Shown: positions 10,161 through 20,279, numbered from the stretch's first letter. The stretch: 64,000 bases of DNA from an uncultured Bacillales bacterium (GCA_905206805.1 CAJLIR010000002.1:26999-90998); one strand, 5' to 3'. A program made the numbers and translations. The notes: generated by a model from the letters alone, not told the origin.

Positions 10161-10835
10161 TTGAATAATAAATCAAAAATAATATTAGGTTGTATATTAA
10201 TTATTTTATATATAACTTTAATATTTTATAATAATAATATTGAAGTTTTTAAAAATACTAAGTTAAATGAAACAAATAAAATTGAAAAAATACTAAAAAA
10301 ATTAGATTATGGAAATAATGATTTTTCTTTTGATATTTCTCATAATACCTTGAATATTAAATATAATGTAGAATTGTATAACTATAAAACATTAGAAAAA
10401 AATTCCTCATATTTATTTTATTTAGTTAATGATTTAGAAAACATAAATTTTAATATTGATGAAATTGAATATAGTTTTAATTATAATGATATTTCTTTGA
10501 TATATAACAATTTTAAAAAATTTAAAATTTCCGATATAGAAAAACGTTATAATGATAAGAATTTTAAGAATCTTTATTTAGGAAATATAAATGGTAATGT
10601 TGATTTATTTGATTTATCTGATTTATGTATAGAAGAATATAAAGAATTTTATGAAGACGATAATTATAAATACTATATTACTTGTTCATCTTTAGATGAT
10701 ATAATAGTGATTGTAGATAATGAATCATATAAATTAATAGATGCTTTAAACAATGATGTAATTTCTATAGATGATTTATTTAAAATCAATGTTAAATTGA
10801 AAAAGGAAACAAAAAATAATGAAAATTCTAATTAG
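10161..10835 (+). CDS. Membrane-anchored hypothetical protein (TTG start)
   Basis: N-terminal TM helix. Lies between two pilin genes. No motif recognised. Confidence 0.45.
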   Translation: MNNKSKIILGCILIILYITLIFYNNNIEVFKNTKLNETNKIEKILKKLDYGNNDFSFDISHNTLNIKYNVELYNYKTLEKNSSYLFYLVNDLENINFNIDEIEYSFNYNDISLIYNNFKKFKISDIEKRYNDKNFKNLYLGNINGNVDLFDLSDLCIEEYKEFYEDDNYKYYITCSSLDDIIVIVDNESYKLIDALNNDVISIDDLFKINVKLKKETKNNENSN

Positions 10836-11499
10836 CGATTTTGATCATACTTTTTTTGACGATAATTATTTAAAAAATATTGAACTTGTAAATAAATTTG
10901 TAAGTGAAGGAAACATGTTTGTTATAGCAACAGGTAGAAGTATTAATAATTTAAATATTGATATAATAGATTATAAAATTAATTATAGTTATTTAATTTG
11001 TAGTGATGGAGCATCAATTTATGATAATAAACATAATAATATATATACTTGTAATATAGACGCAAATTTAATTAATCCTATTTGTAATTTATTAGAAAGT
11101 GATTCAAATATTACACTTACATTAATAGAAAATGATAATTTTGTAAGTGGTACTGTTGCTAATTCGATAGCCGGAAAATTTATAGATAAGGTTAAGTGTG
11201 AGAGTTTGGTAAAAAAATTAAACAAATTATTTCCAACAATAAACTCATATTTAAGTGATAATTATATTAATATAAGAAATAAAAAAGTATCAAAGTACGA
11301 AGGTATTAAATTTTTAATTGATAATTATAATTTAGATAGTGAAAAAATTTATACTATTGGTGATAGTATTAATGACAAGGAAATGTGCAAAAATTTTAGT
11401 AGTTTTTCATTTTATAATGCAGACGAAAGTGTAAAAATTGTTAGTAATACTATTTTAGAAAATTTTGAAGAAGCTATAAAATTATTGATGAAAAAATAA
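10819..11499 (+). CDS. HAD-superfamily hydrolase, Cof-like (subfamily IIB)
   Basis: DFDHTFF motif I, ATGR motif II, and GDSINDKEM motif IV. Confidence 0.75.
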   Translation: MKILISDFDHTFFDDNYLKNIELVNKFVSEGNMFVIATGRSINNLNIDIIDYKINYSYLICSDGASIYDNKHNNIYTCNIDANLINPICNLLESDSNITLTLIENDNFVSGTVANSIAGKFIDKVKCESLVKKLNKLFPTINSYLSDNYINIRNKKVSKYEGIKFLIDNYNLDSEKIYTIGDSINDKEMCKNFSSFSFYNADESVKIVSNTILENFEEAIKLLMKK

Positions 11500-11541
11500 T
11501 AGTGGTTTATATTTAGAATGAATAAGAGGAGTTATATAAAA

Positions 11542-13371
11542 ATGAAAGAGAATAAAGGTTTTACATTAATAGAGTTACTCTCAGTAATAGTAATACTAGC
11601 AGTAATTGCTTTAATTGCTATCCCACAAGTAATTAAAATATTAAATAAAGCAAGAATAAGTGCAGCAGAAGATACAACAAGTGGAATCGTAAAATCAGCA
11701 GAAAATTATGTAGCAGATTTTATGTTAAAAAATAAAGGAATAATACCTGCAGGAGATTTAAAATTTGAATGTAGTGATAATTCATGTAGTATGAGTCAGG
11801 AATTATTAGATAGTTTAGTTGAATATAATTTAGATGGATTAGATAAATTAGATATAAAAGGTACTATTCCAAAAAGCGGTATAGTAGTAATAAAAAATAG
11901 TGGAAAACAAATAGTAGTAAGTGATTTAAAAATAAATAATTTCACATGTAATAATATAAATGGAAAATCAAAATGTGATACATTAAATAGATATAAAGAA
12001 GAAGATTTAAATGGAGCAGATCCAGTAATAGATGGAGATTTAGTACCAGTAATTATAGAAAGTGACGGAACAGTAAAAAAAGCCGATTTAGAAAATGCTT
12101 GGTATAATTATACAAATAAAGAATGGGCAAATGCAGTAATACTAAAAACAAATAAAGAATATAAAAATGAAGAAGTAATACCAGAAGAAAATATCAAACA
12201 ATATTATGTATGGATACCAAGATATAAGTATCAATTATGGAATGTAGGAAGTGGAACATTAGATAGTGATTCAAATTATCCAAATGGAACAAGTGAGAGT
12301 CCAATCAATATTGTATTTGAAGGAGTAACAACTGAAGAATCAAAAGGAAATCAAAATGGTGAATGGTTAACACATCCAGCATTTACAAATTTTGGAACAA
12401 ATGGAATCTGGGTAGGAAAATTTGAAACAAGTTATGATGAAGAAACATTTACAAATAAAGATACATTTTTAACAACAAATACAAAATATAACTTAGCTAC
12501 TGATTCAAGTAAAATAATAGTAAAACCGAATGTAAGAAGTTTGACTTCAAGATCAGTAAGTCAGTTTTATACATTAGGTAAAAATACAAACGAAGAATTG
12601 AATTCTCACATGATGACAAATATGGAATGGGGAGCAGCCGCATATTTAACATATTCTGCATATGGAAAATGTAATGAGAATTCATGTGAAGAAGTATATA
12701 TAAATAATGTTAATACAGGTTACTTGAATGATACTCAGAAATTTACTGGTCAATGGTCATACGGAGCGACTATAACAGGATGTAGTGGAGAAACAGCAAG
12801 TGCAGCTGTCATGAGTAACATGGATTCATGTAAAAGTAGAAATACATATATAGAAGCAAAAGCAAGTACAACAGGAAATATAACAGGAATCTACGATATG
12901 AGTGGAGGAAACTGGGAATATGTTATGGGAGTTATAACAATAAATAACAAATTAGTAAGTGGAAAAAATAATTTGTATAATGGTGGATTTAATGGAATAT
13001 ATGGTGCACCTGAAAGCGACGAAAGTGGTGCAACGCAATTAGAAAAAACAAATGGAATAGATTATCCAGATTCACGATATTATAATTTATATCCATATAA
13101 ATACGAATTAAAAACAGATAATTGGTATGATTATACAAGTGGACTGGTAGGAGATGCCACAAAAGAAGTTGCTAACACTAAAACAAATGCATCTAGTGGA
13201 AGCACAGGTTTATGGTTTAGTGATTCAGCCGTTTTTTCTACGGCTACTGCTCCTTGGTTCTACCGTGGCGGTTACTTTGGTGGTGGCTCTCTTGCGGGCG
13301 TGTTTGGTTTCGGTCGTGTCAATGGCAGTACAATTGGCAACTGCGCTTCACGTCTTGTGCTTGCGTACTAA
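11542..13371 (+). CDS. Large type IV pilin with C-terminal FGE-sulfatase/SUMF1-like (C-type lectin fold) domain
   Basis: AAGAGGAG RBS, then MKENKG|FTLIELLSVIVILAVIALIAIP. The C-terminal half has EWGAAAY, GIYDMSGGNWEYV, and WFYRGGYFGG...ASRLVL. These resemble the FGE-sulfatase motifs GLYDMSGNVWEWV and RGGSW...GFR as I recall them. Confidence 0.65.
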   Translation: MKENKGFTLIELLSVIVILAVIALIAIPQVIKILNKARISAAEDTTSGIVKSAENYVADFMLKNKGIIPAGDLKFECSDNSCSMSQELLDSLVEYNLDGLDKLDIKGTIPKSGIVVIKNSGKQIVVSDLKINNFTCNNINGKSKCDTLNRYKEEDLNGADPVIDGDLVPVIIESDGTVKKADLENAWYNYTNKEWANAVILKTNKEYKNEEVIPEENIKQYYVWIPRYKYQLWNVGSGTLDSDSNYPNGTSESPINIVFEGVTTEESKGNQNGEWLTHPAFTNFGTNGIWVGKFETSYDEETFTNKDTFLTTNTKYNLATDSSKIIVKPNVRSLTSRSVSQFYTLGKNTNEELNSHMMTNMEWGAAAYLTYSAYGKCNENSCEEVYINNVNTGYLNDTQKFTGQWSYGATITGCSGETASAAVMSNMDSCKSRNTYIEAKASTTGNITGIYDMSGGNWEYVMGVITINNKLVSGKNNLYNGGFNGIYGAPESDESGATQLEKTNGIDYPDSRYYNLYPYKYELKTDNWYDYTSGLVGDATKEVANTKTNASSGSTGLWFSDSAVFSTATAPWFYRGGYFGGGSLAGVFGFGRVNGSTIGNCASRLVLAY

Positions 13372-13414
13372 TCATGTTAATGATTACTTATGTAATAATT
13401 ATGAATTATTAAAT

Positions 13415-13439
13415 AAAAAAACTACGAAAGTAGTTTTTT
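13415..13439 (+). terminator. Intrinsic terminator after the pilin gene
   Basis: AAAAAACTAC-GAAA-GTAGTTTTTT. Confidence 0.6.
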
Positions 13440-13506
13440 GTTTAAAAGTTTTTGACTTTTGAAATTTTTAAGTGTATTATTATAATAATTAAAAAAGAGG
13501 TGCAAA

Positions 13507-14187
13507 ATGAATTTAATTAAACAAAAAAAACGTGGTTCTTTAATTATAATATCTGGTACAACATGTGCTGGCAAAGGTACTGTTATAAAAGAATTATTAA
13601 AAAGAAATGAAAATTTAGTTTTATCAACGTCATATACATCTAGAAGTATTAGAAAAGGTGATATTGAAGATGTTACTTATTATTTTGTAAGTCGTGAAAA
13701 ATTTGAGGAAAAAATAAAAAATGATGAATTTTTAGAGTATGCTTTAGTTCACGGAAATTATTACGGAACACCAAAAAAAGAAATAGAAAATCTTTTATCT
13801 GATGGAAAAGATGTTATATTAGAGATAGAAGTACAAGGTGCAAAAATTGTTAAAGAAAAATTACCAGAAACTGTTTTAATATTTGTTTTGGCCCCTTCTA
13901 TGGAAGAAGTAAAAAAACGTATTATTGCAAGGGGAAGCGAAACAAAGGAACAAATTATTACACGATTCAAAACTGCTTATCAAGAAATAAATGAAATTCC
14001 AAAATACAATTATGTTGTTATAAATGATATTGTTAGTTCTGCTGTAAAGAAAATAGAATCGATTTTAATTTCAGAAAAATGTCGTGTAGATAGAATAGAA
14101 GAAATTAGTGTTGAAAATAAAGAAGAATTTATGCATGAATTATTGATGGAAAAAAGTTTTGATAATTCTTATAAAGAAATAAAATAA
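13507..14187 (+). CDS. gmk: Guanylate kinase family protein
   Basis: P-loop GTTCAGKGT. STSYTSRSIRKGDIEDVTYYFVS and EYALVHGNYYGTP match the Gmk signature. Confidence 0.75.
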   Translation: MNLIKQKKRGSLIIISGTTCAGKGTVIKELLKRNENLVLSTSYTSRSIRKGDIEDVTYYFVSREKFEEKIKNDEFLEYALVHGNYYGTPKKEIENLLSDGKDVILEIEVQGAKIVKEKLPETVLIFVLAPSMEEVKKRIIARGSETKEQIITRFKTAYQEINEIPKYNYVVINDIVSSAVKKIESILISEKCRVDRIEEISVENKEEFMHELLMEKSFDNSYKEIK

Positions 14188-14206
14188 AAAAGAATATATA
14201 TATATT

Positions 14207-14386
14207 CTAAATTTTTTTTACTAATGTTTTTTGTTTATTGCTATTTTTGTTAAAAACACTTTTATCAATATTTTCTTTTAAAGAAATATCAAGATCAATA
14301 CTTTCTTTTGTTTGATTATTGTGATATAAATCTTTTGTTTTTTCTTTTGTATCAGTTTTTGTATTCATTAAATTTTTTTCAATCAT
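14207..14386 (-). CDS. Small (59 aa) K/D/E/N-rich hypothetical protein, not in the ORF track
   Basis: GGGAGGG RBS 5 nt upstream of the ATG on the minus strand. Convergent with gmk. Low-complexity sequence, so weak. Confidence 0.3.
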   Translation of the reverse strand: MIEKNLMNTKTDTKEKTKDLYHNNQTKESIDLDISLKENIDKSVFNKNSNKQKTLVKKI

Positions 14387-14482
14387 AATAACCCTCCCAA
14401 AATTATTATAACACGTCTATAACAATTTTTAAATGTTTTATATTTGCGGTTATTATGATATAAGTTAAAAAGAGAGGTAGTT

Positions 14483-15358
14483 ATGAGTAAAAAAATAATT
14501 ATTATAAAATCATTTAATCAAATAAAGCAGCTAGTTAATTTATGTGATGGCTATATTGTTGGTATAAAAAATTTAAGTGTAAATTTACCTAATTATTTTT
14601 CTATAGATGAATTAAAAGAAATAGAAAGTTTTTGTGTTAATAATAATAAAAGCCTATTTGTGAGTATAAATAAAAATATTCATAATAGTCAATTAGCAGA
14701 ACTTAGGGAAATATTAATTAAATTATCTAATATGAATATAAGTGGTGTTATTTTTTACGATATTGCGGTTGTAAATTTAAATAATAAATTGAATTTAAAT
14801 CTAAATTTAATATGGAATCAAGAACACATGGTCACAAATTTTAATACAATTAATTATTGGTCCAATAAAGGTATTAGTTGTAGTTATTTATCTAGTGAAT
14901 TAACTAAGGAAGAAGTTTTTAAAATAAGAAGTATGACAAAATGTAAGTTAATGATGAATGTATTTGGATATATACCAATGTTTACATCTAAAAGACCACT
15001 TGTAAAAAATTATTTAGAAAAATTTAATTTATTTGATAATTCAAGTATAAATTATTTGGAAAAAGAAAATAATTTGTATCCTATTGTTAGTTCTGATATA
15101 ACAACAGTTTATTCTAGTAAAATATTAAATTTATCACAAGATATAAAAGAATTAGAAAATGAAAGGATAAATTATTTAGTATTTAATTCCTTTAATATAG
15201 AAGATAATATATTTTTAGAAATAATGAATTTGTTCAATTTATTAACGAATGATAATATAAAAGATATTTTTAATAAAATAAATATGTTGCTTAATTATAA
15301 TATAGATACAGGATTTTTCTATAAAGAAACGGTATATAAGGTGAAGAAAAATGGATAA
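14483..15358 (+). CDS. Peptidase U32 family protein (YrrN-like)
   Basis: Paired and overlapping with the canonical U32 gene downstream, like B. subtilis yrrN-yrrO upstream of greA. This family is implicated in tRNA ho5U34 formation. Confidence 0.65.
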   Translation: MSKKIIIIKSFNQIKQLVNLCDGYIVGIKNLSVNLPNYFSIDELKEIESFCVNNNKSLFVSINKNIHNSQLAELREILIKLSNMNISGVIFYDIAVVNLNNKLNLNLNLIWNQEHMVTNFNTINYWSNKGISCSYLSSELTKEEVFKIRSMTKCKLMMNVFGYIPMFTSKRPLVKNYLEKFNLFDNSSINYLEKENNLYPIVSSDITTVYSSKILNLSQDIKELENERINYLVFNSFNIEDNIFLEIMNLFNLLTNDNIKDIFNKINMLLNYNIDTGFFYKETVYKVKKNG

Positions 15359-16556
15359 CAAAAAAAAGCCAGAATTATTAGCTCCAGCAGGAGATTTAGA
15401 AAGACTTAAAATTGCTCTTTTGTATGGAGCAGACGCAGTATATGTGGGTGGAAATTTATTTAGCCTAAGAGCAAATGCAGTTAATTTTTCCCTAGAGGAA
15501 TTAAGAGAAGCTGTTAAATTTGCTCATAATTTAAGTAAAAAAATTTACGTAACAGTCAATATTGCTTTACATAATACAGAATCTGAAATAATAATTGATT
15601 ATTTAAAAGAATTAGACAAAATAAATGTCGATGCTATTATAGTAAGTGATCCTTATATAATTTCATTAGCACGTATCCATACATCTTTAGAAATTCATTT
15701 GTCAACTCAACAATCAACACTTAACTATGAAGCAATAGAATATTTTAAAAATGAGGGAGTTTCAAGAGTTGTATTAGCGCGTGAATCATCTAGTGATGAT
15801 ATTAAATTGATTAAAAAAAATGTTGATATAGAACTTGAATATTTTATTCACGGGGCAATGTGTGCATCATATAGTGGTAGATGCGTATTATCAAATTTTC
15901 TAACGGCTAGAGATTCTAATCGTGGTGGTTGTAGTCAAATATGTCGCTGGGATTTTAAATTGTTAGATGAAAATTTAGATAATATTCAAGGAGAGAAGGA
16001 TTTTACTTTTTGTACAAAAGATTTATCACTTTTAGGCCATATACCAGAGTTGATAGAAATGGGTGTAGATTCATTCAAAATAGAAGGAAGAATGCGTTCT
16101 TCATATTATATAGCAACAGTTTTAAATATTTATAGGAAGGTAATTGATGAATATATTAATGATCCTGTTAATTATAAATTAAATAGTGATTATGAAAGAA
16201 TATTACGTAACTGCGCTAACAGAGATTCTATTACCCAATTTTATGATGGAAACTATGGAGTAGATTGTCAATATTATAATGGTAGAGTAGAGGTATCTAA
16301 TCAGGATTTTTTAGGTATAATTTTAGATTATTGTGAAAAAGACAAGTTGGCAACAATAGAACAAAGAAATTATTTTAAGAAAGGTGATGTTGTGGAAATA
16401 TTTGGACCTAATATTTCTACTATAACATTAACTATCTCAGAAATATATGACGAAAATAATAATATAATTGATATAGTAAGACATCCAAAACAAATTGTTA
16501 AGATAAAAATTGATGAATTAGTTTATAAGAATGATATGATGCGAATAAAAAGATAA
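15351..16556 (+). CDS. Peptidase U32 family protein (YrrO-like)
   Basis: PELLAPAG start, GADAVYVGG, the Cys-rich MCASYSGRCVLSN...RGGCSQICRW, and FKIEGRMRS are classic U32 motifs. Confidence 0.85.
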   Translation: MDNKKKPELLAPAGDLERLKIALLYGADAVYVGGNLFSLRANAVNFSLEELREAVKFAHNLSKKIYVTVNIALHNTESEIIIDYLKELDKINVDAIIVSDPYIISLARIHTSLEIHLSTQQSTLNYEAIEYFKNEGVSRVVLARESSSDDIKLIKKNVDIELEYFIHGAMCASYSGRCVLSNFLTARDSNRGGCSQICRWDFKLLDENLDNIQGEKDFTFCTKDLSLLGHIPELIEMGVDSFKIEGRMRSSYYIATVLNIYRKVIDEYINDPVNYKLNSDYERILRNCANRDSITQFYDGNYGVDCQYYNGRVEVSNQDFLGIILDYCEKDKLATIEQRNYFKKGDVVEIFGPNISTITLTISEIYDENNNIIDIVRHPKQIVKIKIDELVYKNDMMRIKR

Positions 16557-16621
16557 AAATAATAGGTATTATATTTTGATTTTTGAATATATAATAATAA
16601 ATGTAAATAATTAAAAAATTA

Positions 16622-16650
16622 TTGACAAAAAGTTAAATCTATAGTATTAT
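16622..16650 (+). promoter_or_regulatory. Sigma-A promoter upstream of greA
   Basis: TTGACA, 17 nt spacer, TATTAT. Confidence 0.5.
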
Positions 16651-16695
16651 TTTGTAGATTTGTTAAATTAGTTAAAATAATAATGAGGTGGAAAA

Positions 16696-17172
16696 ATGTC
16701 AAATTCAAATACAAAAGAAATCTATTTAACTGAATCAGGGTTAAATGAAATGAAAAAGGAATTAGAATTTTTAAAATTAGAAAAAAGACCAGAAGTTATA
16801 GCTGCTTTAAAGGATGCTAGAGCTTTAGGAGATTTAAGCGAAAATGCTGAATATGATGCTGCAAGAAATGAACAAGCACAAGTAGAAGGTAGAATTGCAG
16901 AACTTGAAAGAATGTTAGAAAACGCTATTATCATAAAAGATGTTAGTACAGATAAAGTATCAATTGGAACTACTGTAACAATTAAATACATTGATGATAA
17001 TGAAGAAGAAGAATATGCAATTGTTGGTAGTAAAGAAGCAGATCCATTTGAAAATAAGATTTCTAATGAATCACCAATAGCAAAGGCTATCATGGGGTTT
17101 AAAGTAGGAGATAAGGTTACTGTTGATAGTCCAAATGGTCAATATGATGTTGAAATAGTAAAGATTGCATAG
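16696..17172 (+). CDS. greA: Transcription elongation factor GreA
   Basis: DLSENAEYDAAR motif, coiled-coil N-terminus, and C-terminal FKBP-like domain. Confidence 0.9.
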   Translation: MSNSNTKEIYLTESGLNEMKKELEFLKLEKRPEVIAALKDARALGDLSENAEYDAARNEQAQVEGRIAELERMLENAIIIKDVSTDKVSIGTTVTIKYIDDNEEEEYAIVGSKEADPFENKISNESPIAKAIMGFKVGDKVTVDSPNGQYDVEIVKIA

Positions 17173-17191
17173 AGCACATATGTGCTTTTTT
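17173..17191 (+). terminator. Intrinsic terminator after greA
   Basis: AGCACATATGTGCT palindrome followed by TTTTT. Confidence 0.6.
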
Positions 17192-17261
17192 CTGTTAAAA
17201 ACGTTGTAAAAGTAAAAAAAATATTATATACTATAGTAGTATTGATTTGAGGAGGATTTAA

Positions 17262-18512
17262 ATGGCAAATAAAAATGAATTAGAAATTGTAATAAAAATT
17301 GAAGGACAAGAATGGAAAGATGCTTTAGATGCAGCTTATAATAAAGTTAGTAAAAAAGCAAAAATTGATGGTTTTAGACCTGGAAAAGCACCTAAAGAAG
17401 TTTTCTTAAAAAAATATGGTAAGGAATCTTTATATAATGACGCAATGGATATGTGTGTTTCAAAAGCTTATGATAAAATGCTAGAAGAACATAAAGATTT
17501 AGAAATAGTAGCACAACCTATTTTAAGTTTAAATTCAATTGATGAAAATGGAGTTGAATTCAAATTTACTTTAACTTTAAAACCAAGTGTTAAATTAGGA
17601 AAATATAAAGATCTTGGTGTAAAGAAAGAAGAAGTTAAAGTTACAAAAAAAGAAATAGATGAGAACATTAATAATATGCGTAAAAGATATGCAGAAAACG
17701 TTGAAAAAGAAGGTAAACTAGAAAACGGAGATATCGCAATCATTGATTTTGAAGGTTTCAAAGATGGTGTTGCATTTGAAGGTGGAAAAGGAGAAAATTA
17801 TTCATTAACAATTGGTTCAAATACATTTATTCCTGGATTTGAAGAACAATTAATTGGCATGAGTAAAGGTGAAGAAAGAGAAATAAATGTTACATTCCCT
17901 GAAGACTACCATAGTGAAGATTTAAAAGGACAACCTGCTGTTTTCAAAGTAAAAGTTAATGAAATAAAAGAAGTAAAAATTCCAGAAATGAATGAAGATT
18001 TCTTTGCTGATTTAGGTTTAGAAGGTATTAATTCAGTTGAAGCTTTAGAAAAGCAAGTAAAAGAAAATCTTACTGTTCAAAAGGAACAAGCAAGTGAAAA
18101 TAAATATTTCGATGATTTATTAGAAGCTGCAAGTAAGAACGTTGAGGTGGAAATACCTCATGCAATGATTCATGAAGAAATTGATCGTATGTTAAAACAA
18201 TATGAAGAAAATTTAAAAATGCAAGGATTAACTTTAAAACAATTTTATCAATTTACAAATTCTGATGAAAAAGCTTTAAAGGATCAAATGCATGAAGAAG
18301 CAGAAAAACGTGTTTTATATCGTTTAATGTTAGAAGAAATAGCAAAAGCAGAAAAAATTGAAATAGATGATAAACAAGCAAATGAAGAAGCAGAAAAATT
18401 AGCAGAAAAATATCAAATGAAAAAAGATGAATTCTTAAAATTATTTGGTGGTTTAGATATGGTTAAATATGACTTAATGATGCGTGCTGCTATGGAAACA
18501 TTAAAAAAATAG
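17262..18512 (+). CDS. tig: Trigger factor
   Basis: GFRPGKAP ribosome-binding signature, central FKBP domain (DFEGF..G..FEGG), and expected length. Confidence 0.9.
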   Translation: MANKNELEIVIKIEGQEWKDALDAAYNKVSKKAKIDGFRPGKAPKEVFLKKYGKESLYNDAMDMCVSKAYDKMLEEHKDLEIVAQPILSLNSIDENGVEFKFTLTLKPSVKLGKYKDLGVKKEEVKVTKKEIDENINNMRKRYAENVEKEGKLENGDIAIIDFEGFKDGVAFEGGKGENYSLTIGSNTFIPGFEEQLIGMSKGEEREINVTFPEDYHSEDLKGQPAVFKVKVNEIKEVKIPEMNEDFFADLGLEGINSVEALEKQVKENLTVQKEQASENKYFDDLLEAASKNVEVEIPHAMIHEEIDRMLKQYEENLKMQGLTLKQFYQFTNSDEKALKDQMHEEAEKRVLYRLMLEEIAKAEKIEIDDKQANEEAEKLAEKYQMKKDEFLKLFGGLDMVKYDLMMRAAMETLKK

Positions 18513-18555
18513 TTCATTAATATAAAAAATATGATATAATTAATTTGGTGATAAA

Positions 18556-18873
18556 ATGGAAAATTTGTGGCAATACATTATAATTGCTGTTATTCTAGTC
18601 ATAATTGCGCTTGCAATAACAAAATCAAAAAGAAAAGACTTTAAAATTGAGGCAAATAAATTAGTTGAATATTTAGGTGGAAAAGATAATATCATAAATT
18701 ACGAAGTACTAAAATCGCGATTTATTGTAACATTAAAGAATGTTGATATTGTTAATAAAGAAGGTATTCAAAAAATAGGTGCTCAAGGTATTGTCGAAAT
18801 TGATAATCAACTTAAAATTATTTTAGGTGAAGAAGCAAAGCAATTAAAAAAATATATTGATGATTTAAAATAA
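18556..18873 (+). CDS. Membrane-anchored PTS EIIB(Glc)-like domain protein lacking the phospho-Cys
   Basis: A TM helix followed by LVEYLGGKDNI...VLKSRFIVTLKN...GAQGIVE. This matches the LGGxxNI...HCxTRLRF...GV EIIB pattern, but the Cys position is not Cys. Confidence 0.5.
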   Translation: MENLWQYIIIAVILVIIALAITKSKRKDFKIEANKLVEYLGGKDNIINYEVLKSRFIVTLKNVDIVNKEGIQKIGAQGIVEIDNQLKIILGEEAKQLKKYIDDLK

Positions 18874-18901
18874 AATTTCTGAATTTTTTCAGAAATTTTT
18901 C
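18872..18901 (+). terminator. Intrinsic terminator
   Basis: AAAATTTCTGAA-TTTT-TTCAGAAATTTT. Confidence 0.6.
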
Positions 18902-18961
18902 TTTTATATCAAAAAAATGATATAATTAATTTACACGATATTTAAAATAATAGGTGATAAT

Positions 18962-19615
18962 ATGTTAAATAAATTAAAAATAATAATAAAAAATAATTAT
19001 AAATTAATAATTTTCTTTATATGCTTGATTCTTTTTCTTGCACTAGCTGAAGATGTTTTTAATCATGATATAATGAATAGTGATACTATTGGATACAATT
19101 TAATTTCAAAGTATTTAATTAATGATTCTATGACTGTAATTATGAAATTTATTACTTGGTTTGGTGGCGCTATTTGCATTTGTTCACTAACTATAGTATT
19201 ATTTATTTTATTAAGAAATAAAAAAATTGGTATTTTAATTTTTACCAACTTAGTAATTGTAACCATTTTGAACCAATTATTTAAGTTAATTTTAGCCCGT
19301 CCTAGACCTAGCGAATATAGAATTATTAATGAAACTGGTTATAGTTTTCCTTCAGGACATTCAATGGTAAGTATGGCTTTTTATGGATTTTTAATCTATC
19401 TAATTTATAAATATGTAGGAAACAAATATTTAAAATGGACTTCAATGATATTATTATTTTTATTAATTATTTTAATAGGTATTAGTAGAATATATTTAGG
19501 TGTTCACTATACAAGTGATGTAATTGCGGGATTTTTAGTAGCTATTTCTTATTTGATACTATATATAAATATATCTAAAAAGTTAGTATTTAATAAAATT
19601 GATATCGATAAATAG
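18962..19615 (+). CDS. PAP2-family phosphatase (BcrC/undecaprenyl-diphosphatase-like)
   Basis: KxxxxxxRP (LARPRP), PSGHS, and SRIYLGVHYTSD acid phosphatase motifs. Multi-TM. Confidence 0.8.
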   Translation: MLNKLKIIIKNNYKLIIFFICLILFLALAEDVFNHDIMNSDTIGYNLISKYLINDSMTVIMKFITWFGGAICICSLTIVLFILLRNKKIGILIFTNLVIVTILNQLFKLILARPRPSEYRIINETGYSFPSGHSMVSMAFYGFLIYLIYKYVGNKYLKWTSMILLFLLIILIGISRIYLGVHYTSDVIAGFLVAISYLILYINISKKLVFNKIDIDK

Positions 19616-19836
19616 TATATGAAATTTAATAAAAAAATACTAGAATGTTTAATAATAATGAATTTTATAGTGAATTTTTATTATACATCAATTTTTTCAG
19701 TTATATTAGATAATGACTTTTTGAAGATATAAATTTTAAAAATATAAAATTAGAAAATGTAGAATTACTAGACGTAATGTTTAAAAATTGTAGCACAAAA
19801 TATAGTATAATACTATGGAGTTTATGAGGAGGTAGT

Positions 19837-20142
19837 ATGAATAATTCGTATTTTGATGGTAGTTTATTACAATTGGTATGTGTAAAGATATTAGGATTTT
19901 TAGTAACTGTATGTACATTAGGAATTTGTTATCCTTGGGCTTTATGCAAAGTGTATAATTGGGAGATAAAGCATACAGTTATAGAAGGAAAAAGATTAAG
20001 ATTTGATGGAAGCGCTGTTGGATTATTTGCTAATTGGATAAAATGGCTTTTGTTAATTATTATTACATTAGGTATTTATTCATTTTGGGTTGGAATAGCT
20101 TTAAAAAAATGGAAAGCAAAACACACTTTTTTTGAATGCTAG
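19837..20142 (+). CDS. Small membrane protein, DUF898/YjgN-like
   Basis: Two TM hairpin with YFDGSLL...LGICYPW and GIYSFW segments reminiscent of DUF898. Confidence 0.45.
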   Translation: MNNSYFDGSLLQLVCVKILGFLVTVCTLGICYPWALCKVYNWEIKHTVIEGKRLRFDGSAVGLFANWIKWLLLIIITLGIYSFWVGIALKKWKAKHTFFEC

Positions 20143-20279
20143 TAATTAATTTTTATAGGAATTAAATGTTCCTATTTTTATTTTTTAACAAATGTGAAAT
20201 TTTTTTCATATTGTATTGATTTTATAAATAAACTGTGATAGTATTAATATGAAAAAAAATTCATATTAAAGGAGGATTT

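Noticed and set aside
13154-13462. 102 aa alternative-frame ORF overlapping the end of the pilin gene
   Set aside because: It exists only because the local GC-rich stretch lacks stop codons. It has no RBS and runs through the terminator. The pilin frame carries the conserved domain.
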